Shown here: positions 38,916 to 48,696 of the stretch, one piece after another | How the letters are laid out: each line of letters begins with the position of its first letter | Numbering within the stretch: the stretch's first letter is position 1 | Assembly: GCA_003222205.1 (NCBI GenBank) | Contig: QHVC01000048.1 | Coordinates: 1,470-65,469, forward strand | Reading direction: 5' to 3' | Length of the DNA stretch: 64,000 nucleotides | From: Gemmatimonadota bacterium | GTDB taxonomy: Bacteria; Gemmatimonadota; Gemmatimonadetes; Gemmatimonadales; GWC2-71-9 | Translations under genes and position numbers: made by a program | The notes under the pieces: generated by a model | Database searches by the model: none | What the model was told of the DNA's origin: nothing | Seen by the model: only the letters and a program-made list of their open reading frames with translations

Positions 38916-40175
38916 CTAGCCCGGGCGCAGCAACGGCCGGTCCTCGGCGAGGCGCCGGCGCACCTCGTCGCCGGGCAGAGCGGCCATCCCGATCAACAAT
39001 TTCGCGGGCACGTCGCGGCGCCGCAGCACGAAGACGCGCAGCCGCCGCGCGGAGCGGACGAGCTCCCGCGCGACGCGGGCCAACCCCAGGTAGGACTCCG
39101 CGCCGGTGCCGGCCAGCTGCACCACACTGCCGTCCCGGCGCGCGAGGGGCAGGTCCAGTCCCAGCATGTCCCGCTTCACCGGAAAATCGATGAAGAGCTC
39201 TCCCGGTTCGAGGCCAACCTCCGTCGCGAGGCGATCCTCGACGCTTGCGACGAGATCGGGGTCGGCGCCCAGCCACTCGCCCGCACCGTCCGGTAGCTCC
39301 GTGGCCGCGAGATCGAGCGCCCGCTTGGCAAGCCGCCGTTCCCGCAACGCCTGGGCGAGGCCGGTCGTGTCGCCGCGCTGCAGCTCGTGGATCAAGCCGT
39401 CGTCGGTCGCCACTGCCACGTCCTCGTCGCTCATGCTGCCGGCGGCGAGCGCCTGGCGGACAAGCCGCTTGAACATCGCGGTAGCGCTGCGCACCGCGTG
39501 GTGCCAGTAGACGTTTCGGTACATCTGATACTTGGCGTACAGCAGGGACTCGAGGGCGGCGAGTCCCTTTTCCGTCACGGCCAGCCCGCGGCCCGGTACG
39601 ACGGTGAGGGACATGAGCAGCCGGTCAACGTCGATCACCCCGTAAGGAACGCCGCACATCGAGGCGTCGCGCGAGAGGTAGTCCAGCTTGTCCACGTCGA
39701 GCGAGCCGGACACGAGCCCCGAGAGCGCCTCGCCGCGCCCTCCGCGGATCAATGCGAGGAGACGCCGGCGATCCACGTCGATGCGCTCCAGCGCCACGGC
39801 CAGCTCCCCGGCGTCGAGGTGGCGCTCGGCAAGCGCCTCGTGGTTCGGAAGCCCGGCCTCCTCGAGCGCGTGGGAGAAGGGGTAGTGGCCGATGTCATGC
39901 AGCAGCGCGGCGAGCTGGATGTGTCGGGCGTCGGCGGAGTCCACGCGGTGGCCGGTCTCCTCGAGCTGGGCGAGGGCCCGACGGGCGAGGTGATAGGCGC
40001 CGAGCATGTGCTCGAAGCGGGTGTGGGTGGCGCCGGGGTAGACGAGAAAGGCATGCCCCAGCTGCCGGACATACCGGAGGCGCTGCACCGCGGGCGTGTC
40101 GACCACGGCCAGCGCCTCCGGCTCCAGGCGGATGTTATTCCACAGCGGGTCGCGGACGACCTCGAGTTGCGTCAA
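38916..40175 (-). CDS. HD-domain phosphohydrolase (dNTP triphosphohydrolase/SAMHD1-like architecture)
   Basis: The TTG at 40175 overlaps the pckA stop (TTGA); this is the only start that keeps the conserved N-terminus. Motifs present: DPLWNNIRL..VQRLRYVRQLG..THTRFEHMLGAYHLA..AALLHDIGHYPFSH. Confidence 0.72.
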   Translation of the reverse strand: MTQLEVVRDPLWNNIRLEPEALAVVDTPAVQRLRYVRQLGHAFLVYPGATHTRFEHMLGAYHLARRALAQLEETGHRVDSADARHIQLAALLHDIGHYPFSHALEEAGLPNHEALAERHLDAGELAVALERIDVDRRRLLALIRGGRGEALSGLVSGSLDVDKLDYLSRDASMCGVPYGVIDVDRLLMSLTVVPGRGLAVTEKGLAALESLLYAKYQMYRNVYWHHAVRSATAMFKRLVRQALAAGSMSDEDVAVATDDGLIHELQRGDTTGLAQALRERRLAKRALDLAATELPDGAGEWLGADPDLVASVEDRLATEVGLEPGELFIDFPVKRDMLGLDLPLARRDGSVVQLAGTGAESYLGLARVARELVRSARRLRVFVLRRRDVPAKLLIGMAALPGDEVRRRLAEDRPLLRPG

Positions 40176-41797
40176 GCCTGGGGGCCGGCCTCGCCCACCG
40201 CGCCGTGCACCCGGTCCGCGAACTGCTCGAAGTTGTTTCGGAACAGCTCCGCGAGCCGCTTCGCCTGCGCGTCGTAGGCCGCCGGATCGGCCCAGGTGCC
40301 GCGCGGCTGCAGGACCGCGTCGGGCACGCCGCCGGGCACGCGCTGGGGCACCTCCAGGCCGAAGACGGGCTCGCGCGCGGTGGGGACGCGATCCAGCCGG
40401 CCCGACAGGGCGGCGCGGACCATCGCCCGAGTGTGTGAGAGGCTGATGCGGTGGCCCGTGCCCGCGGGCCCGTCCGTCCAGCCGGTGTTCACCAGCCAGC
40501 ACTGGACGCCGTGCCGGGCGATCCGGGCGCCGAGCATCTCGGCGTAGGCGTGGGGGTGGAGCGGCAGGAACGGTGCCCCGAAGCACGCCGAGAAGGTCTC
40601 CTTCGGCGTCGTGACCCCACGCTCGGTACCCGCCACCTTGGCCGTGTAGCCGGAGAGGAAATGGTACATCGCCTGCGCCGGCGTGAGGCGCGCGATGGGC
40701 GGCATGACGCCGAACGCGTCGCAGGTCAGGAAGAGAATGTGCGCCGGATGGCCGCCCATGCCGCCCGGGATGTGGTTGGGGATGAAGTGGATCGGGTAGC
40801 AGGCCCGGGTGTTTTCAGTGATCGCCGCCGAGTCCAGATCGATCGCGCGCGTTTCCGGGTCCACGACCACGTTCTCGAGCACGGTGCCGAACATCCGCGT
40901 CGTCGCGAAGATCTCCGGCTCGCCGTTGCGGGAGAGGTGGATCACCTTGGCGTAGCACCCGCCCTCGAAGTTGAACACCCCCTGATCGCTCCAGCCGTGC
41001 TCGTCGTCGCCGATGAGCTTGCGCTCGGGGTCGGCGGAGAGCGTCGTCTTCCCCGTCCCCGACAGGCCGAAGAACAGCGCCACGTCACCCGCCTCCCCGA
41101 CATTCGCCGAGCAATGCATCGAGAGCACGCCTTGGCGGGGGAGCAGGTAGTTGAGCACGCTGAAGATCGCCTTCTTCATTTCCCCCGCGTAGCGCGTGCC
41201 GCCGATGAGAATCGTCTTGTGCGCGAAACTGATGGCGATGACGGTGCCCGACTTGGTGCCGTGGGCGAGCGGGTCGGCCTGGAACTCCGGAGCGTGAAGC
41301 ACGTGGAAGGCGGGACCGAACCCGGCCAGCTCGCCCAGCTGCGGGCGCAGGAACATGTTGTAGACGAACAGGGCCTGCCAGGCGTTGGTGGTCACGAACC
41401 GCACCGGCAGCCGGTACGCCGGGTCGGCGCAAGCATAGACGTCGCGGACGCAGAGCTCCTGGCCGTTCAGATAGCGCAGCATGTCCTCGCGCAGGCGGAC
41501 GAAGAGCTCGGGGGCGAGAGGCTGATTCACCTTCCCCCACCACACGTCGCCCTCCGACTCCGGCTCCCGGACGATGAACTTGTCGCCGGGGCTGCGGCCG
41601 GTGTGCGGCGTGGTGATCGCGCAGAAGGGACCGTGCTCGATGATCTGGCCCTCGCCGCGGCGCACCGCGTGCTCGTAGAGCTCGGGCGGCGTCAGGTTCC
41701 AGTGCACGACGCCCGCGGGGTCGAGGCCGGCGAGGCTCAGGGCCGCGCCGGACCGGCGAACGGCGGGGCGGGGTGGGTGCAGGTCGGCGATGCCCAT
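40172..41797 (-). CDS. pckA: phosphoenolpyruvate carboxykinase (ATP)
   Basis: 541 aa: ..TGRSPGDKFIVREP..FFGLSGTGKTTLSADPERKLIGDDEHGWSDQGVFNFEGGCYAKV.. Confidence 0.95.
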   Translation of the reverse strand: MGIADLHPPRPAVRRSGAALSLAGLDPAGVVHWNLTPPELYEHAVRRGEGQIIEHGPFCAITTPHTGRSPGDKFIVREPESEGDVWWGKVNQPLAPELFVRLREDMLRYLNGQELCVRDVYACADPAYRLPVRFVTTNAWQALFVYNMFLRPQLGELAGFGPAFHVLHAPEFQADPLAHGTKSGTVIAISFAHKTILIGGTRYAGEMKKAIFSVLNYLLPRQGVLSMHCSANVGEAGDVALFFGLSGTGKTTLSADPERKLIGDDEHGWSDQGVFNFEGGCYAKVIHLSRNGEPEIFATTRMFGTVLENVVVDPETRAIDLDSAAITENTRACYPIHFIPNHIPGGMGGHPAHILFLTCDAFGVMPPIARLTPAQAMYHFLSGYTAKVAGTERGVTTPKETFSACFGAPFLPLHPHAYAEMLGARIARHGVQCWLVNTGWTDGPAGTGHRISLSHTRAMVRAALSGRLDRVPTAREPVFGLEVPQRVPGGVPDAVLQPRGTWADPAAYDAQAKRLAELFRNNFEQFADRVHGAVGEAGPQA

Positions 41798-41812
41798 GCG
41801 GTCGTCTCCCGG

Positions 41813-44083
41813 TTACCGAGCGGGCCGCGCGTGGCGCTCGTGCTCCTGCGCGTCCACTGCGGCGAGGACCGCCATGTTCACGATCTCGTTCACTTCGGCT
41901 CCCCGTTGCAAGATGTGGACGGGGCGAGCCATGCCCACCAGGATCGGACCGATCGCCTGGGCGCCGCCAAGGCGATCCAGCAGCTTGTAGGCGATGTTGG
42001 CGGCATCGAGGTTCGGAAAGATCAGCACATTCGCCGCGGCCCGCAGGCGGGCGAAAGGATAGCGCTTGGTCAGGATGCTCTCGACCACGGCGGTGTCCGC
42101 CTGCATCTCGCCGTCCACCTGGAGCGAGGGCTCGCGCTCCTGGAGGAGCGCGACCGCCCGTTGCACCTTGTCCGCGGCGGGATGCCGCACGGAGCCGAAG
42201 TTAGAAAAGGAGAGCAGCGCCACGCGGGGTTCGATCCCGAGGCGCGACACGAACCGCGCTGCCGTCGACGCGATCTCGGCGAGCGCGTCGGCGTCGGGAT
42301 CGATGTTCATGGTGCAATCGGCGAAGAAGAAGGTCTCCGTCGCGAAGACCACCATGTAGATCCCGGAGACGTGCTGGCGGCCCGCCTCCGCGCCGATGAC
42401 CTCGAGCACGGGCCGCACTGCGTCCGAATAGTGCATGTCGACGCCCGCGACGAGCGCATCGGCCCGTTCGGTCCGTACCATGAGCAGGCCGTAGTACATC
42501 GGGTCCAGCACCCGCTGCCGGGCCTCCCGCAGCGTGATGCCCCGGCGCTGGCGGCGCTTCCACAACTCCTGCGCGAATGCCTCGCGGTCACCGGCCTGCC
42601 GCGGGTCGGCGAGCTCGATCTCCTCGAGCGTCACGCCGGCGTCGTCCGCCTGGCGACGGATCACGTCGAGGTCGCCGAGCAGAATGGGGTGGGCGATGCC
42701 CTCGTCCGCCAGGATGCGCGCGGCGCGGATGACCCGGGGCTCCTCGCCTTCGGGGAGCACGACGCGCTTGGGGTCCTCTTGGGCGCGGGTGCTCAAGCCG
42801 CGCATCACCTCGCGGGCGCGTCCCAGCCGCGCTTCGAGCTGCTCGCGATACTCCGCCACGTCGATCACCCGGCCGGCGACCCCCGAGCCGACGGCCGCCC
42901 ACGCCACCGCGGGCGCCACCCAGAGCAGGACGCGCGGGTCGAAAGGCTTGGGGATCAGGTAGTCGGGGCCGAAGCGCAGCCGCTCGAGCCCATAGGCCCG
43001 CATCACGGACTCGGGGACCTCTTCCCGCGCCAGCGCCGCGAGCGCGCGGGTCGCCGCCATCTCCATCTCATCGTTGATCTTCTTCGCGCGCACGTCGAGC
43101 GCGCCGCGGAAGATGAAAGGGAAGCCGAGGACGTTGTTCACCTGGTTGGGGAAGTCGCTGCGTCCCGTGGCGACGAGCGCGTCGGGGCGCGCCTGCCGCG
43201 CCTCGTCGGGCATGATCTCGGGTGTCGGATTGGCGAGGGCGAAGACGATCGGCTTCTTGCCCATCGCGGCGATCATCTCGCCGCTGACGATCCCGCCCAC
43301 GGACAGTCCGACGAACACATCGGCCCCCTGCAGCGCGTCGGCGAGCGTACGCAGCTTCGTCTGCTGCGCGAAGCGCTGCTTGTACTGGTCGAGGTCCTCG
43401 CGACCGCTGTGGAGCACCCCCTTGTGGTCGCACATCACGATGTGGTCGCGTCGCACGCCGAGCCGGACGTAGTGCCCGGCGGTGGCGATGGCCGCCGCGC
43501 CCGCGCCCGCGAACACGACGCGGATCTTGGCGAGATCCTTGCCGACCACCTCCACGGCGTTGAGGAGGGCGGCGCCCGAAATGATCGCGGTGCCGTGCTG
43601 GTCGTCGTGGAAGACGGGGATCGAGAGCGTGCGGCGCAGGGTCTCCTCGATGTAGAAGCAGTCGGGAGAGCGGATGTCCTCGAGGTTGATGCCGCCGACG
43701 GTGGGCTCGAGCAGCTGGCAGAACCGGATGACGTCGTCGGGGGTCTCCGAGCCGACCTCGAGGTCGAACACGTCGATGTCCGCGAACGCCTTGAAGAGAA
43801 TCCCCTTCCCCTCCATCACCGGCTTGCCGGCCAGGGCGCCGATGTTGCCGAGCCCCAGAACGGCGGTGCCGTTGCTCACCACCGCCACCAGGTTCCCCTT
43901 CGCCGTATACACGTAGGCGTCGTCGGGCCGCTTGGCGATTTCCAGACACGGCTCCGCGACCCCGGGCGTGTAGGCCAGCGACAGATCGCGCTGGTCCTTG
44001 AACGGTTTAGTAGGGGAAACCTGAATCTTCCCCGGCCGACCCTGGCTGTGATAATCCAGGGCCTCCTGCCGGCGGCTTGGCAT
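41813..44083 (-). CDS. maeB: NADP-dependent malic enzyme (malic enzyme domain plus phosphotransacetylase-like domain)
   Basis: 756 aa: [69 protein letters not shown]. It has a C-terminal PTA-like half. Confidence 0.93.
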   Translation of the reverse strand: MPSRRQEALDYHSQGRPGKIQVSPTKPFKDQRDLSLAYTPGVAEPCLEIAKRPDDAYVYTAKGNLVAVVSNGTAVLGLGNIGALAGKPVMEGKGILFKAFADIDVFDLEVGSETPDDVIRFCQLLEPTVGGINLEDIRSPDCFYIEETLRRTLSIPVFHDDQHGTAIISGAALLNAVEVVGKDLAKIRVVFAGAGAAAIATAGHYVRLGVRRDHIVMCDHKGVLHSGREDLDQYKQRFAQQTKLRTLADALQGADVFVGLSVGGIVSGEMIAAMGKKPIVFALANPTPEIMPDEARQARPDALVATGRSDFPNQVNNVLGFPFIFRGALDVRAKKINDEMEMAATRALAALAREEVPESVMRAYGLERLRFGPDYLIPKPFDPRVLLWVAPAVAWAAVGSGVAGRVIDVAEYREQLEARLGRAREVMRGLSTRAQEDPKRVVLPEGEEPRVIRAARILADEGIAHPILLGDLDVIRRQADDAGVTLEEIELADPRQAGDREAFAQELWKRRQRRGITLREARQRVLDPMYYGLLMVRTERADALVAGVDMHYSDAVRPVLEVIGAEAGRQHVSGIYMVVFATETFFFADCTMNIDPDADALAEIASTAARFVSRLGIEPRVALLSFSNFGSVRHPAADKVQRAVALLQEREPSLQVDGEMQADTAVVESILTKRYPFARLRAAANVLIFPNLDAANIAYKLLDRLGGAQAIGPILVGMARPVHILQRGAEVNEIVNMAVLAAVDAQEHERHARPAR

Positions 44084-44115
44084 CTAGGGCACAAGTCCTT
44101 TTTGCGGAAGGGGTT

Positions 44116-44144
44116 ATGCTAGGCGCGGCGCACAGGGCTGTCAA
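44116..44144 (-). promoter_or_regulatory. strong sigma70-like promoter candidate for maeB-pckA-HD
   Basis: On the minus strand: TTGACA (44144-44139), a 17-nt spacer, then TAGCAT (44121-44116). It lies about 33 nt upstream of the maeB ATG. Confidence 0.5.
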
Positions 44145-44154
44145 GCCGATGACT

Positions 44155-44178
44155 GGGTGCGTGGGTGCGTGGTGCGCG
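44155..44178. repeat. tandem octamers just upstream of the maeB -35 box
   Basis: GGGTGCGT GGGTGCGT GGTGCGCG on the plus strand (44155-44178), which reads CACGCACC repeats on the promoter strand. Confidence 0.75.
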
Positions 44179-44212
44179 GTAGCTGCCGGTAAGGGACGGA
44201 GTTACGGCCCCC

Positions 44213-44842
44213 TTATCGCGGCGGCGGCGCGATGGTGGGCGTGACGTGATAGAGGTATTCCACGGTACGGCGGTCGTTGTCGTTTGGAGTGACGAGGAGG
44301 GGCGTGGCGTTCATGATCGCCACGATGCTGTCCGGCGAATGCGGGAGCCCCAGAGTGTGGCCTATCTCGTGGACGACTGTGCGTTGCATGCAGGCGGCGA
44401 GCTGCCCTGGTGTGGCGGAGCTCGCGAGAACCGACAGCGACGTGTGGATTGGTGTGGCGAGCGCGGTGCCTGAACCGTCGAAGGTCAGGAGTGTGGCGCC
44501 GCCGCACGTCTGGACCGGGGGGCCGTTGTCGGGCGGCACGTCTGGTGGCACACTGTCGGTCCAGGTGACGATCACGTCGGCCTGGGCGGAATCAGGCACC
44601 AGGGTCGCGCGGAATTCCCCGTAGAGGAACTGGTGCTCCCACAGGCCGAGGGCGCGCTGCACGTACGCCCGCATCGGGCCGCGGGTATCGGCGAAGTAGC
44701 GCACCGGGAGGCGGCCGACCGGCCAGTGGAAGATTTCGCCGGAGAGGTCGTAGGCGTACGCGGGCGTGTGGTTTGGTGGGGCGGAAACGTCGCTGCACGC
44801 GGCCGTGACCGCGAGCGCCGCGGCGAGCGCGACGCGTCTCAC
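44213..44842 (-). CDS. matrixin-like (M10) zinc metalloprotease lipoprotein
   Basis: The GTG at 44842 overlaps the upstream stop (GTGA). It has a lipobox LAVTAAC and VVHEIGHTLGLPHSPDSIVAIM, which is HExxHxxGxxH plus a Met-turn. Confidence 0.8.
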   Translation of the reverse strand: MRRVALAAALAVTAACSDVSAPPNHTPAYAYDLSGEIFHWPVGRLPVRYFADTRGPMRAYVQRALGLWEHQFLYGEFRATLVPDSAQADVIVTWTDSVPPDVPPDNGPPVQTCGGATLLTFDGSGTALATPIHTSLSVLASSATPGQLAACMQRTVVHEIGHTLGLPHSPDSIVAIMNATPLLVTPNDNDRRTVEYLYHVTPTIAPPPR

Positions 44843-45459
44843 GGCGCACCGCTCAGCGTGTACCGGACGTCCACCGCGATGCGATGGATGGCCCGGGAGT
44901 TCGTGAAGCCTTCGTTGCGGAGCGCGGGCGTCAAGAAACGGTGCAGGTCGTAGCGGGCTTCGACCGCGAGCCGGCGCGCCAGCGGCACGGGCGGCGTCCA
45001 CGCGACCGCCACCTGGCCGAACGGTATGACCGCGCCCGCCCCATCCCGGAAAATTCCGCTGCGCTCGCTCGGCAGGTACTTGAGCCCGCCCACGCCGGCG
45101 CGCACCGTGAAGCCGCGCGGCATGGTCCGCGCGAGCACGACGCCGAGGGCGAGGGTCGTGAGGTGCGTGATCGGTGCGACCGTGCCGTCGCGCTCATGGC
45201 GCGCCACGCCGCTGCTCGAGATGTCGAGCGTCAGCTCGGCGGTCCAGGGAGCCCTGAGTGGCAGCCCCGCGGCCGCCGTCACAGCAGGCGCGAGGGCGGC
45301 GCGCACGTCGAAGGCGGTGACGATGGAGTCGCGGGCGAGGGGTGAGGTGTAGCGCGCGCCGAGGGAAGCGCTGAGCGTCACCTGGGCGGCCAGGGGGCCG
45401 GGCAGCGGTGCGGTCGCCAGGGCCAGCGCCAGGGCGAGCAGGCGACCGCGCTGGGTCAT
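44839..45459 (-). CDS. small outer-membrane beta-barrel protein
   Basis: The ATG at 45459 overlaps the permease stop (ATGA). It has a signal peptide, MTQRGRLLALALALATAPLPGPLAAQ, and alternating beta-strand-like sequence. Confidence 0.55.
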   Translation of the reverse strand: MTQRGRLLALALALATAPLPGPLAAQVTLSASLGARYTSPLARDSIVTAFDVRAALAPAVTAAAGLPLRAPWTAELTLDISSSGVARHERDGTVAPITHLTTLALGVVLARTMPRGFTVRAGVGGLKYLPSERSGIFRDGAGAVIPFGQVAVAWTPPVPLARRLAVEARYDLHRFLTPALRNEGFTNSRAIHRIAVDVRYTLSGAP

Positions 45460-46280
45460 GCCGTCTGCTTTGCCAGGCGCCGCGCGCCCACCGCGAGCAC
45501 CAGCAGCAGGCCGTACATGCACACGATGAGCGGCCCGGTGGGAAGATCCTTCGTGTACGACAACCACAATCCGATGATCGAAGCGAGGGCGCCCGTGGCC
45601 CAGGAGATCACCGTGAGGCGACGCTTGTCTTCGGCGAACAGGTTCGCGATGACGGCGGGGACGACGAGAAAGCTGAACACCATCAGCACACCCGCGATCG
45701 GAACAGCCAGAGTGATCACGACGCCGAACGACAGATAGAAGAGGAAGTCCCACCAGCGGATCTGCCACCCAGACTGCTCGGCCTGCTCAGGGTGGAAGGA
45801 GATCGTGAGGAAGCGGTGGCGGAAGGCGTACTGAAACAGTCCCAGCGCCGCGTACGCCCCCGCGAGCTTCCAGATCGTTGGCCACGTCACCCAGAGTAGG
45901 CTGCCGACGAGGGTTTTTTCGACCGCCTCGCCGCCGCCAGGGACCTGGTTGGCCACGAGCACGGCCGCCGCGGAGGCGACGACATAGACGATGCCGATGT
46001 AGGCTTCCTGCGGTACTCGGCCGCGCCGCGCCGTGCGGGTCAGGGAGAACAGCAGGGCCCCGATGGCGGTGGCGACGAGCGCGAAGATGTACGCCCGGGG
46101 TGAGTCGGCCGGGACGTGGAAGAGCAGGGCGGAGAGGCTGCCCAGCGCGGCCATCTGCGCGAGCGAAAGATCCACGAAGATCACTTCTCGCGCGATGACG
46201 TGGAGGCCGAGGTAGCTGAGCATGGCGACGAGCACCATGCAGGCGACGAAGGGCGGCAGCATCAGCTGGAAACCGCTCAC
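45456..46280 (-). CDS. metal (Zn/Mn) ABC transporter permease (ABC-3 family)
   Basis: 274 aa with about 8 TM segments. MLPPFVACMVLVAMLSYLGLHVIAREVIFVDLSLAQMAALG is typical of ZnuB/MntB/TroC-type permeases. Confidence 0.85.
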   Translation of the reverse strand: MSGFQLMLPPFVACMVLVAMLSYLGLHVIAREVIFVDLSLAQMAALGSLSALLFHVPADSPRAYIFALVATAIGALLFSLTRTARRGRVPQEAYIGIVYVVASAAAVLVANQVPGGGEAVEKTLVGSLLWVTWPTIWKLAGAYAALGLFQYAFRHRFLTISFHPEQAEQSGWQIRWWDFLFYLSFGVVITLAVPIAGVLMVFSFLVVPAVIANLFAEDKRRLTVISWATGALASIIGLWLSYTKDLPTGPLIVCMYGLLLVLAVGARRLAKQTA

Positions 46281-46296
46281 GATCGTTCCTCTCCGG

Positions 46297-47343
46297 TTAT
46301 GGGGCGACGGCGGGCGCCGCGCCGAAGGCGCGGACCAAGTCGCTCAACCACAGATTGATGAGGTCGAAATAGGTGTCGACGCCCCCCTGGCCGCCGACGT
46401 TGGACGGCACGATCACCGCGGTGGCGCCGGTGCGCTGCGCGACCTCGAGCACCTGACTGCGGTCGTAATAGTTGGTCGAGAGCAGCACCTTCACGTGTCT
46501 CTGCTGCATCGCCGTGATGATCTCCTGCACGTGCCGGGGTGTCGGGGGAATGCCAGGCTTGGGCTCGATGTAGTCGAAGCAGGAAACCTGGAACTCCCGT
46601 GAGAAATAGTCCCATTCCTTGTGATAGCAGGCGACGATCTTGCCACGGATCGGGAGGCTTTCCTTCAGCCAGCCGCCCAGCCGCTCGAAGAGGGGACGCC
46701 CCTGATATTGCTTCGTCTGCAGGAAGTCGAAGAGCTTGCCCTGCCGGTCGAGGTCGGCGAGCGTCGGGCCCCCGAGCAGGCGCACGAGGTCGTCGCCGTA
46801 CAGCGCGTGGTAGATGCGGTCCTCGAAATCTTTCTCGCGGGCCGTGTAGTAGTCGGCATTGGCGGGGTCCACGCGCTTCAGCCCCGTGAGGATGTTGCGG
46901 GCGATCTGGACCGCGTTGAGCGGCTCGGTCCAGATGTGCGGGTTACCAAACACATGGATGTCGCCCTGGGCGCGGGAGAAGCTCGAGGGGACGTCGAGGA
47001 GTGGGATGCCGGCGTACGCCGCCACGTATCCAGGTCCACCCTCATCGACCTTCGGATTGTTCGCCTTGTCGAGCAGCGCGGGGACCCAGAGCTCGAGATC
47101 GAGGCCGGTAGTGACGAAGAGGTCTGCGCCCGCCAGCGTCGGCACGAAGCTCGGCTTGGGCTGGACGTAGTGGGGGTTCTCGTCGCCGACGGCGATCGAG
47201 CTGACCGTGCCGCGGTCTCCCACGATCTCGCGGGCGATAGCGGCATACGTGGTGAGCGAAGTCACCACCTTGACCGGCGACGCCGCCGGTCTGGGGGTGC
47301 CAGGGGCGGTGAGGCCGAGGAGCAGCGGAAAGAGTCGCAACAT
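46297..47343 (-). CDS. metal ABC transporter substrate-binding protein (ZnuA/TroA cluster)
   Basis: The ATG at 47343 gives MLRLFPLLLGL... Motifs present: VKVVTSLTTYAAIAREI..GDENPHYVQPKPS..ADLFVTTGLDLELW..DIHVFGNPHIWTEP.. It has no obvious His-rich loop. Confidence 0.82.
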   Translation of the reverse strand: MLRLFPLLLGLTAPGTPRPAASPVKVVTSLTTYAAIAREIVGDRGTVSSIAVGDENPHYVQPKPSFVPTLAGADLFVTTGLDLELWVPALLDKANNPKVDEGGPGYVAAYAGIPLLDVPSSFSRAQGDIHVFGNPHIWTEPLNAVQIARNILTGLKRVDPANADYYTAREKDFEDRIYHALYGDDLVRLLGGPTLADLDRQGKLFDFLQTKQYQGRPLFERLGGWLKESLPIRGKIVACYHKEWDYFSREFQVSCFDYIEPKPGIPPTPRHVQEIITAMQQRHVKVLLSTNYYDRSQVLEVAQRTGATAVIVPSNVGGQGGVDTYFDLINLWLSDLVRAFGAAPAVAP

Positions 47344-47345
47344 GG

Positions 47346-48614
47346 TCAGTAGGTCTCGTGTTTGTGGGGGCCGATTGCCCAGACGGCCTGCAGGGCAATG
47401 CGATGGGTCGGCGAGGCGGTGGATACTTTCTGCCACTGGTATTGGGCGCGCAGGAACACCCACTCGCTCTGCCACATGGTGAGCGACGGAATCAGCTGCC
47501 GCGTGATGAGGCCCGTGCCGGGCGCTTCCACGTAGTCATAGGCCAGCCCGGCGATCCACCGCTGATCGAGCTTGAACGTCGTGCTGGCGTAACCGCCGAC
47601 GCGCGTCTTGCCGATACCGGAGTAGCGTTGCCGCAGACCGAGCAGTTCGCCCCGCACGGTCCACTCGCGGTACAGCGCCCGGGCGGGCGGCCGCCACGTG
47701 AGGCGGAAATCCAGTCCGCCGACGGTGGTCTGCAGGCTGGCGTCGGGGTTGGTGCCGTACAGCACCGTGCCTCCGAGTTGCATATAGGTGGACCGAGTCA
47801 GCTGCCAAAAATTGAGCAGGTGCGCGAGATAGCTTGGCCGCCGCCCGCCCGCGAACAGTTCGTCGTCGCTGGCGCTGCGGGTGACCTGGGCGGTAAGCTC
47901 GTGGACGCCGAGCCCGCCGAACGCGTGGTAGAGCGACAGCCCGGTGCCGCTCAGGCCGTCGCCACCCAGGTAGGAGGTCAGCGCGAGTGGGTACTCGGTC
48001 TCCGGCACGGCGTGCAGATGCCAGCGGTTCAGCTCGCCGAACTGCTGGCGGAACTTGCCGACGTCGAGCCGGATCTTGCCCGGCAACCCGGTCCAGTACG
48101 CGTACCCCTCCTCCACGTTGACCTCGCCGTTCTCGAGGCTGACGAAGATCTTGGTCGTCGAGTACGGGTCGAGGGCCGACTGAAAACCGATCTCGAACTC
48201 ACGGGGATCGAAGTTGTCGCGCTGCACGCCGGGCGCGGTGCCGTAAGCGCGCACGTCGCCCGTGACGCTGATCTCGGGGTTGAGCTGCGCCTGGTTGCGC
48301 TCTCGGCCCACGAACTGCATTGGCGTGCCGGTGTCCGTGCGCTGCGCGGCGCCGCCTGCGGCCGCCGTTGCGGCCGCCCGCAGCGCGGCGAGCTCGTCAC
48401 CGGCGGTGGTGTCCCGGGCGGGCGCGCGCCCGGCCGGCTGCGCCTGGAGCCGGGCGAGCACGCCGAGGGCGCTGTCGAGGCGCGCCTTGAGGACCCGCAT
48501 CTGCCCCGCGAGCGAATCCACCTGTCGCTGGGTCTGCGTAGGCTGCTGCGGCGCGGCGGGCGCGGCGAGCGCCGCTACGAACAGCAACAACAGCATCGGA
48601 TGTCTGGTGCGCAT
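47346..48614 (-). CDS. putative porin-like outer-membrane protein with an N-terminal coiled coil
   Basis: The ATG at 48614 gives MRTRHPMLLLLFVAALAAPAAPQQ (signal peptide). A heptad-like stretch follows (QVDSLAGQMRVLKARLDSALGVLARLQ), then a long beta-rich region ending ..WAIGPHKHETY. The start is trimmed from the track's 49022. Confidence 0.6.
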   Translation of the reverse strand: MRTRHPMLLLLFVAALAAPAAPQQPTQTQRQVDSLAGQMRVLKARLDSALGVLARLQAQPAGRAPARDTTAGDELAALRAAATAAAGGAAQRTDTGTPMQFVGRERNQAQLNPEISVTGDVRAYGTAPGVQRDNFDPREFEIGFQSALDPYSTTKIFVSLENGEVNVEEGYAYWTGLPGKIRLDVGKFRQQFGELNRWHLHAVPETEYPLALTSYLGGDGLSGTGLSLYHAFGGLGVHELTAQVTRSASDDELFAGGRRPSYLAHLLNFWQLTRSTYMQLGGTVLYGTNPDASLQTTVGGLDFRLTWRPPARALYREWTVRGELLGLRQRYSGIGKTRVGGYASTTFKLDQRWIAGLAYDYVEAPGTGLITRQLIPSLTMWQSEWVFLRAQYQWQKVSTASPTHRIALQAVWAIGPHKHETY

Positions 48615-48696
48615 AGAATCGTCATCTCCCGTTGAAGCCGTAGCCGCCCACGCCAGCCGGCGAGGTCGGCGGCCGCCACCATGCGGGCGGCGGAGC

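Noticed and set aside
40451-44122. 1223-aa plus-strand ORF antisense to pckA and maeB. Similar giants occur at 11718..14087, 21835..24063, 27030..29351, 4967..6610, 31236..33035, 54330..56333 and 60118..62148.
   Set aside because: All lie opposite genes with unambiguous conserved motifs. They are Arg/Gly/Asp/Val-rich low-complexity sequence with no recognisable domains, so they are shadow ORFs.
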